Of a stretch of 22,715 bases of DNA, positions 17,184 through 22,715 are shown piece by piece. Each line of letters begins with the position of its first letter. Position 1 is the stretch's first letter. Under the pieces are notes generated by a model. That model searched no databases. It was not told the origin of the DNA and saw nothing but the letters and a program-made list of their open reading frames with translations. Origin of the DNA: Thermotogota bacterium (GTDB lineage: Bacteria > Bipolaricaulota > Bipolaricaulia > UBA7950 > UBA9294); NCBI GenBank assembly GCA_039679545.1, contig JBDKUT010000055.1:1-22715 (forward strand). Reading direction: 5' to 3'. The translations under genes and the position numbers were made by a program.

Positions 17184-17669
17184 CTATCGGTCGCGCATCT
17201 TCTCTTCCAGGTTCCGGGCGAAGTCCTCGGCGCGCTTGAGGTCCTCGGCGTTCGGCCGGCCCTTGTTGAGGCCCCCGAAGAAGCGGAGGAAGCTGTTGGT
17301 GTTGAAGCCAGGGCAGCCGAACTCGTCGACGATCGCGTAGCCCTTGGCCTGCAGCTTCTCGCGTAGTACCGAGTGGTTCTTCAAGATGAAGTTCTGCGTC
17401 ACACCGAACGCCGGAGCGCCGCAGGTCGAGAAGATGAACGCCTTCCTGGCGGTGACGGAGGGCAGCCTGTCCGCAAGGTCGAGAAGCGGAGCGTAGTGCT
17501 TGCCGCTGTCGATCCCCGAGCCGAAGCCGACCAGGTCGTACTCCGCAAGCTCCGCCGGATTCACTTCCTGTGGCGTCACGATCGTCGTGCCAAGGACCTG
17601 GGCGAACGCCCTTGCGACGACCTCGGTGTTCCCGTGGTGATACGAGTGGACAACCACCAGTGCTTCCAC
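17184..17669 (-). CDS. Flavodoxin family protein
   Basis: SYHHGNT FMN loop, YDLVGFGSGI, AFIFSTCG and GLNKGRPNAEDL. GTG start at 17669 lies 9 nt from GGAGGT. The longer track ORF start is unlikely. Confidence 0.88.
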   Translation of the reverse strand: MEALVVVHSYHHGNTEVVARAFAQVLGTTIVTPQEVNPAELAEYDLVGFGSGIDSGKHYAPLLDLADRLPSVTARKAFIFSTCGAPAFGVTQNFILKNHSVLREKLQAKGYAIVDEFGCPGFNTNSFLRFFGGLNKGRPNAEDLKRAEDFARNLEEKMRDR

Positions 17670-17944
17670 GGGCACGCCACCTCCAAGATGGCTGGATTCT
17701 GCCGGAGTGAGGCCCAGAGAGCAAAGCCTGCGCGGCGCGAGTGAGTGGGACCCGTGAGCTTGGGGAGCGGCCGGGCTTTGGACCGAGCCTCTGGTCTCGA
17801 CGTCAAGAAGAGAGATCTGCCGCCCCGTCTCCTTTCGGCTTCCGCCGATTGGTGAAAAGAAGGAAGACAGGCAGGCATATCTCATCTTGTCAGCTAGGAG
17901 CAGAAGGAGTAAGATCGTGCGAGTGAACGATCAAGGTTAGTGCA

Positions 17945-18571
17945 ATGGACATAACGGAGTTCGGTCTGCGGCTCGTCCTGCTCTTTCTCCCGGGCATCAT
18001 TTGTGCCTCTCTTGTGGATGCACTAACGACGCACCCGCAGAGAACGCAGTTTCAGTTCACCTTGCGAGCTCTGATTCTAGGCGTCGCCTCCTATGGAGTC
18101 CTTGCTCTCTTCCATCCCAGTATATCTTTCTTCGCGGCGCTCTCGGATCTAAAGGTCGTGCCCTCGCTGGTGGAGGCCGGCTGGGCGAGTGCTATAGCTC
18201 TGGGCATGGCTGTTGTGCTGACATACATCGCGAACTACAAGCTCCATTTCAAGGTTGCACACCGACTCCGACTGACAAGACGGTTTGGCGATCAAGACGT
18301 GTGGAGCTACCTCTTCAACTCGCTGGATGTCGATTGGATCAGTGTTCGCGACCATAAGCGAAACCTCGTGTACGACGGGCGTGTTCGGTTCTTCTCCGAG
18401 GACAACAAGCCTGCCGAGCTTTATCTCCAAGAGGTCAAGGTGTACGACAATGCGTCGGGCGACTTCCTCTACGATGTCTCCGGGATGTATGTCTCGCTCG
18501 AGCGGACGGACATGACAATCGAGTTTCACGATGCTACACTGCCGAAGGAGACCGTGCAGGAGAGTGAATGA
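17945..18571 (+). CDS. DUF6338-like membrane protein
   Basis: LLFLPG first TM and three hydrophobic segments, then DVWSYLF...WISVRD...YDGRVRFFSE...ELYLQEV...GMYVS. It is visibly less GC-rich than the core genes. Confidence 0.7.
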   Translation: MDITEFGLRLVLLFLPGIICASLVDALTTHPQRTQFQFTLRALILGVASYGVLALFHPSISFFAALSDLKVVPSLVEAGWASAIALGMAVVLTYIANYKLHFKVAHRLRLTRRFGDQDVWSYLFNSLDVDWISVRDHKRNLVYDGRVRFFSEDNKPAELYLQEVKVYDNASGDFLYDVSGMYVSLERTDMTIEFHDATLPKETVQESE

Positions 18572-18693
18572 TGGCGAGCAAGGAGATCCGCGAGGGCCCG
18601 GTGAAGAAAGGCGGCGTGAACCCGCTCACCAACACACCCAGGCCTCCCAGGCCACCTATGGGGCAGCGACCGAACAAGAAGACGGGAGAGTAG
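18568..18693 (+). CDS. 41-aa Pro/Lys-rich microprotein coupled to the DUF6338-like gene
   Basis: MMASKEIREGPVKKGGVNPLTNTPRPPRPPMGQRPNKKTGE*. ATGA overlap with the upstream stop and AGGAG at 18558-18562. It is below the ORF-track cutoff. Confidence 0.6.
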   Translation: MMASKEIREGPVKKGGVNPLTNTPRPPRPPMGQRPNKKTGE

Positions 18694-18729
18694 CCATCCA
18701 GGATGTAGTGCTACCCGGTGCGGAGTCTC

Positions 18730-18921
18730 TTACAGGACCTCAAAGTGTCGCCGCCAGAGGAGATCGCGCGATCCTGTTGCCGACGGCGCAGCGTTACGCT
18801 GCTCGAGGTCAAATAGGAATCGCTTCCGCCGGATGCCGCCGCCGTAACCAGTGAGCGATCCATCCGCTCCAGCTGCACGGTGACACGGAATGATGATGGC
18901 GAATTGATTGGTAGACCCCAT
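18730..18921 (-). pseudogene. ogt: C-terminal fragment of O6-methylguanine-DNA methyltransferase (Ogt/Ada)
   Basis: [36 protein letters not shown] contains the active-site PCHR. The N-terminal half is absent. Confidence 0.85.
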
Positions 18922-18923
18922 CG

Positions 18924-19028
18924 ACTCCGTATACCGACTACGTTCTCCTCTGCAAAGTGGCCCGTGAGTGGCGCCTCGTCGGGAAGATCTCCCACCAGCA
19001 CCTCAGTGCCGCGAAGCCGCGGACGTAG
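18924..19028 (+). pseudogene. C-terminal fragment of an NTF2-like (putative lumazine-binding) protein
   Basis: [26 protein letters not shown]...* resembles the ytDyl.L.k.dgeWkiv.K pattern. An in-frame TAG at 18912 lies upstream and there is no start codon. Confidence 0.6.
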
Positions 19029-19171
19029 CCGTCCTGTTCCCCACCTGCCGCGTCGGCATTGGCGGCTGCGCCCGCTCCGAGGACGTGAGGCGAAGACAGC
19101 GCTGTCGAGGCGAGCGTTGCACGTTCGCGAGACCTGAACCTAACGACGGCGCCCACATACCTCTCCGTTCC

Positions 19172-19199
19172 TTGACACCCGCAGCGGACTCCCTAAAAT
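19172..19199 (+). promoter_or_regulatory. Sigma70-type promoter of the HTH-hydrolase operon
   Basis: TTGACA (19172-19177), 16-nt spacer, TAAAAT (19194-19199), ending 36 nt before the ATG at 19236. Confidence 0.7.
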
Positions 19200-19235
19200 A
19201 GTCTTCGATTCCCAGCATAAGGAACGGTAGGTACT

Positions 19236-19688
19236 ATGTACACGGTTCAGGAGCTTGCAGAGATCCTCTCCCTGCACCCAAAGACGGTGCAGCGCTTTAT
19301 TCGCGAGGGAAAGATCAAGGCGACGAAGATCGGCCGGGAGTGGCGTGTCCGCAAGGAAGACCTGCGGGACTTCGCTCACGCCGAACTGAGCGCGCCGCCG
19401 GCGGACGAACCTCAGGCGACGACCCGTCTGGCGGATCGCGTGCAAGTGTCCGCCGTGATCGAGCTCGATGAGGGTCATTCGAGCGAGGTGTCGCGGATTT
19501 CGAACAGCTTGCTTGCGGCGCTCAACAGCAAGGACCCTCGCTTCGGCGAGGCCCGCTACGACCTCGTCTACCACCCGGAGGTGCGCAAGGCGCGCTTCGT
19601 CCTCTCCGGGACACCGCTTCTCATCCGGACGATCCTCGAGTTGGTGGACGTGCTTCTGCAGCAGGACGGCGCCTCGACGGACGTCTAG
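19236..19688 (+). CDS. Excisionase-like HTH (HTH_17) DNA-binding protein with an uncharacterised C-terminal domain
   Basis: MYTVQELAEILSLHPKTVQRFIREGKIKATKIGREWRVRKEDL followed by a ~90-aa alpha/beta extension. Confidence 0.88.
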   Translation: MYTVQELAEILSLHPKTVQRFIREGKIKATKIGREWRVRKEDLRDFAHAELSAPPADEPQATTRLADRVQVSAVIELDEGHSSEVSRISNSLLAALNSKDPRFGEARYDLVYHPEVRKARFVLSGTPLLIRTILELVDVLLQQDGASTDV

Positions 19689-19697
19689 GAGGTCATC

Positions 19698-20606
19698 GTG
19701 GTTCAGTCGGTGTTCAAAAGCGAAGAGGGGCGGTGGGCCATCGCGGCCGCGTACGAGCAGGTCTTGAGCAAGGCGAACTCTCACTTCTCGTTCCGTCGAC
19801 GTGTTGTCGGTACGGCGCTCGGGGAGACGCACCTCATTGAGGCCGGTCCCGAAAACGGGCCGGCGCTCCTCCTCTTGCATGGCACGGCCAGCAACTCCGC
19901 CACCTGGCTCGTGGACATCCCGCCGTGGTCGCGTCACTTCCGCGTCATTGCGGCCGACATCCCGGGAGAACCGGGACAGAGCGAAGATCGGCGGCTCACG
20001 CTGGCAAGCGAAGAGCCGGCACAATGGCTCGAGAGCCTGCTCGACGCGCTCCATCTCTCGTCCGCCCGGATCGTCGGGATGTCCCTCGGCGGATGGATGG
20101 GCCTGCGCTTTGCGACTCGGTTTCCCGAGCGCGTGGAAGCCCTGTCGCTCATCTCGGCCGGGGGGCTTGCGCGCCCCAAGATGTCCTTCCTCTTCATCGC
20201 GTTGCCGCTGACCCTGCTTGGCGACTGGGGACTGAAGCGAGTCGACCGCATCGTTTGCCGCGGCGTCGAGATTCCTCCCGACGTGGAGGAGTTCATGGTC
20301 CTGGTGGGGCGCCACTTCCGGCCGATGCTGGAGCGGGTTCCCGTGTTCAGCGATGAGGAGCTGTTGCGGCTCACGATGCCGATTCAGCTTCTTGCTGGCA
20401 AGAAGGACGCGCTCCTGCCTGCTGAAGCGAGCGTGCGACGGCTCAAGAGGCTCCTTCCGCAGGCCGAGGTCTATCTCTTTCAAGACTGCGGCCATGCCGT
20501 GATCGGCAAAGCCGGCGAGATCCTCGAGTTCCAACTGAGGTCAGGTCCAGCCCAATCCGCGCCCATGCCGGCTGCGTCGTCCCCGCCCCGGATCTTCGCC
20601 ACGTAG
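19698..20606 (+). CDS. Alpha/beta fold hydrolase (carboxylesterase-like)
   Basis: LLLHG, ADIPGEPGQS, nucleophile GMSLGG, acid GKKD and base CGH. RBS AGGAGG precedes the GTG. Confidence 0.9.
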   Translation: MVQSVFKSEEGRWAIAAAYEQVLSKANSHFSFRRRVVGTALGETHLIEAGPENGPALLLLHGTASNSATWLVDIPPWSRHFRVIAADIPGEPGQSEDRRLTLASEEPAQWLESLLDALHLSSARIVGMSLGGWMGLRFATRFPERVEALSLISAGGLARPKMSFLFIALPLTLLGDWGLKRVDRIVCRGVEIPPDVEEFMVLVGRHFRPMLERVPVFSDEELLRLTMPIQLLAGKKDALLPAEASVRRLKRLLPQAEVYLFQDCGHAVIGKAGEILEFQLRSGPAQSAPMPAASSPPRIFAT

Positions 20607-20654
20607 TCGGCGCTTCGAGTCATGCCCGGATAGCAGTCGCCGCGGAACTAGCAA

Positions 20655-20676
20655 GCGGCTCGGTTCACTGAGCCGC
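20655..20676 (+). terminator. Hairpin after the hydrolase
   Basis: GCGGCTCGG-TTCA-CTGAGCCGC forms a 9-bp stem with one G-U pair. There is no U-tract. Confidence 0.3.
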
Positions 20677-20878
20677 CGCAGACACCCCAAGCTGACTGCC
20701 GCGCAGCCTGACGGCTACGCGTTCCGTCATGGTAGACCCCATCGCCCCTTGCTTGGCCAGTGGTACCATCCCGCTCGGAGGTCGCGTCGGTAATTGGAGA
20801 GGCGTATAGAATGGCGCGTTGGGCGGGCAAGGCAGTACCAGGGCGCATCGCTGCAATGGAGTAAGAGGGCAAGAACCT

Positions 20879-21901
20879 ATGGAATACCGCAAGTTGGGGA
20901 AGACCAACCTGGATGTCAGCGTGATAGGACTGGGCACGGAGCACATTGGGCAATCGAGAGAGAATATCAAGCGCATCCTAGGCCTCGCGGCCGGCGCCGG
21001 CGTCAACTACATCGACCTATTCTTTTGGCATCAGCTTGGTCCGGCACTCCACCCCTACCGAGACCAGTTCATCCTGGCCGCCCACTGGGAAGGCATGGAA
21101 GACATCCTGGCGAATGTCAGCGACCACCACGCCGAGATCGGGATGCTCACCATGGTGGATACAGAGACAAAGTGGAACGGCTGGGCACAAGCGGCGCTGA
21201 AGCAACTGCAGAAGCGCAAGGAGCAAGGCCACATCAGCTACATCGGCATGAGCAGTCATCGGGCAGCGATAGCCGTGAAGGCAGTCAACAGCGGGCTGAT
21301 TGACATTCTGATGTACCCCGTCAACTTGGCCTCATGCGCCATCGAGGCAGACAGGTCGCTGTACGAGGCTTGTGTGGATCGGGGCGTGGGTCTCGTAGCG
21401 ATGAAACCCTATGCCGGGGGCACCTTGCTTGTCGCTGCGGGTCGGCCCACAGGGATCACGCCCGTGCAGTGCCTCGCGTACACGCTCTCGCTGCCGGTGT
21501 CAACAGCAGTGACTGGTGTCAAGAATCCCGATGAACTTCACGCGGCGCTGCACTACTGCGAAGCAGCCGATGAGGAGAAGGACTATCGCGCGGCTATTGC
21601 TGACATCCTTCACCACCTGGGGGACCGGAACATCTATTTGGGACAGTGCGTCTACTGCAATCACTGTCTGCCATGTCCTCGGAACATCGCCATTGCCGAG
21701 ATCATCCGGGTCGTGAATCTCGTTGAGGCGACGGACGTGGAGGAGGCAGCGGCGGAGTACGCGAGTCTTCAGACTAGGGCCTCAGACTGCACCGGGTGTG
21801 GCGTCTGTGCGGAGCTGTGCCCATTCGATGTGGATATCATTGCCAAACTGCGGCGGGCGGTAGAGCTCTTCGAGGGCGGCTGCGATCGGCACGGTGACTG
21901 A
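20879..21901 (+). CDS. Aldo/keto reductase-fold protein with C-terminal 2x[4Fe-4S] ferredoxin domain
   Basis: MEYRKLGKTNLDVSVIGLG, IGMSSH, AMKPYAGG, CVYCNHCLPCP and CTGCGVCAELCP. Confidence 0.88.
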   Translation: MEYRKLGKTNLDVSVIGLGTEHIGQSRENIKRILGLAAGAGVNYIDLFFWHQLGPALHPYRDQFILAAHWEGMEDILANVSDHHAEIGMLTMVDTETKWNGWAQAALKQLQKRKEQGHISYIGMSSHRAAIAVKAVNSGLIDILMYPVNLASCAIEADRSLYEACVDRGVGLVAMKPYAGGTLLVAAGRPTGITPVQCLAYTLSLPVSTAVTGVKNPDELHAALHYCEAADEEKDYRAAIADILHHLGDRNIYLGQCVYCNHCLPCPRNIAIAEIIRVVNLVEATDVEEAAAEYASLQTRASDCTGCGVCAELCPFDVDIIAKLRRAVELFEGGCDRHGD

Positions 21902-22260
21902 GGGCAATACAGAGTCGCCCAGTAGGCAGCTGGGCAGATCTTCCCTTCTGACGTATCGCCCGTCGCAGTGGTTTCCGGCATGGGCCGCAGGACGCCCTCC
22001 TCTGGCGCGGAGAGCTGACCGCCGAGTGACTGGTGACAGGTATCAAGTCCTGACAACAGGTAAGGAAGATCCGGCCCGGCCGCCCAGATTCAACATTCGA
22101 TGTTCAATCTGCAAGGGCGGGACGAGAGTGCGCTCGCGGTCAGGCGTGCCGAGCATGCACGCGTCCAAGGTGACGGAAGCGCGTTGCCGCATGGCGGATT
22201 CGAGTGGCCGAGAATAGCGCGACAGTGGTGCGAGTGGTACAGTGCTTGCGAGGTGAGACA

Positions 22261-22473
22261 ATGCCCAACACCTACACGGCGGTAACCAAGCAGGATGGTG
22301 AATGGTGGATCGGGTGGATCGCGGAGATCCCCGGGGTCAACTGCCAGGAGCGCACGCGGGCTGAGTTGCTCACCTCCCTCAAGGCGACGCTTGCCGAGGC
22401 GATTGAGTTCAATCGCCAGGATGCTGTGCGGGCTGCAGAGCCTGGCTACACCGAAGAGCGCGTCTCGGTATGA
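22261..22473 (+). CDS. hicB: HicB-family antitoxin (short, without a DNA-binding domain)
   Basis: YTAV..QDGEWWIGWIAEIPGVNCQERTRAELL..L...L. RBS GAGGTG precedes ATG 22261. Confidence 0.88.
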   Translation: MPNTYTAVTKQDGEWWIGWIAEIPGVNCQERTRAELLTSLKATLAEAIEFNRQDAVRAAEPGYTEERVSV

Positions 22474-22664
22474 AGCGAGCGGATCTGCTCAAGCACCTGC
22501 GGGAACACGGCTGCGAGCAGATCCGTGAGGGTGGGAGCCACTCCTGGTGGGCGAACCCGCCTCTGAATCGCCGGTCATCGGTTCCGCGCCACACCGAGAT
22601 TCGCGAGGTTCTTGCACGGAAGATCTGCCGGGACCTCGGCGTGCCGTGGAGGACGGCGAAGTAG
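22470..22664 (+). CDS. hicA: HicA-family mRNA interferase toxin
   Basis: MKRADLLKHL..HGC..IREGGSHSWW.N......VPRHTEI...LARKICRDLGVP with the catalytic His in GSH. ATGA overlap with hicB. Confidence 0.9.
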   Translation: MKRADLLKHLREHGCEQIREGGSHSWWANPPLNRRSSVPRHTEIREVLARKICRDLGVPWRTAK

Positions 22665-22715
22665 CCGCGGCTCCTCACTCCGCAGTCGCAAGGGTACGGA
22701 GGAAGCCAAGAGTGA

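Noticed and set aside
17936..18027. 9-bp inverted repeat GTTAGTGCA / TGCACTAAC resembling integron core sites
   Set aside because: The order is wrong for an attC and the second copy lies inside the coding sequence, so it is likely chance.
19236..19688. Prophage or ICE excisionase
   Set aside because: There are no integrase, phage or conjugation genes in the window.
1..22715. CRISPR arrays, tRNA/rRNA, IS elements, selenocysteine read-through, known riboswitches
   Set aside because: I saw no regularly spaced repeats, cloverleafs, transposase motifs, in-frame TGA at Cys positions or recognisable riboswitch consensus by eye.

Overview
High-GC bacterial DNA, probably from an anaerobe (Fe-S dehydratase, cysteine desulfidase, flavodoxin, DUF3795, TIGR04076). 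It has two parts. (1) 1-8192 is a tightly packed + strand gene run: TPR protein (partial), MazG-family protein, DUF4911-like protein, YqeG-type HAD phosphatase and argF. It continues into an unusual metabolic module: a CitD-like/CitE fusion, citF, an HD-domain protein and a two-subunit LeuC/LeuD-type aconitase-family enzyme. The CitD-like domain appears to lack the prosthetic-group serine, and no citC/citG/citX is present in the window. The dehydratase carries motifs recalled from fungal homoaconitase. I infer an ACP-independent, CoA-based (homo)citrate cleavage or synthesis pathway, which is the best candidate here for an undescribed system. (2) 8193-22715 is an accessory patchwork: AEC transporter, CyuA/YhaM-type cysteine desulfidase, two SAM methyltransferases, DUF3795, two GNATs, a secreted Ntn hydrolase, MFS, TIGR04076, flavodoxin, a DUF6338-like membrane protein with a coupled 41-aa Pro-rich peptide, an HTH_17 regulator with an alpha/beta hydrolase, an Fe-S aldo/keto reductase and hicBA. 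It also holds several gene relics missed by the ORF track and a candidate three-way-junction RNA upstream of the desulfidase. I found no rRNA, tRNA, CRISPR array, integrase or transposase. All family calls come from motif recognition by eye, not from database searches.
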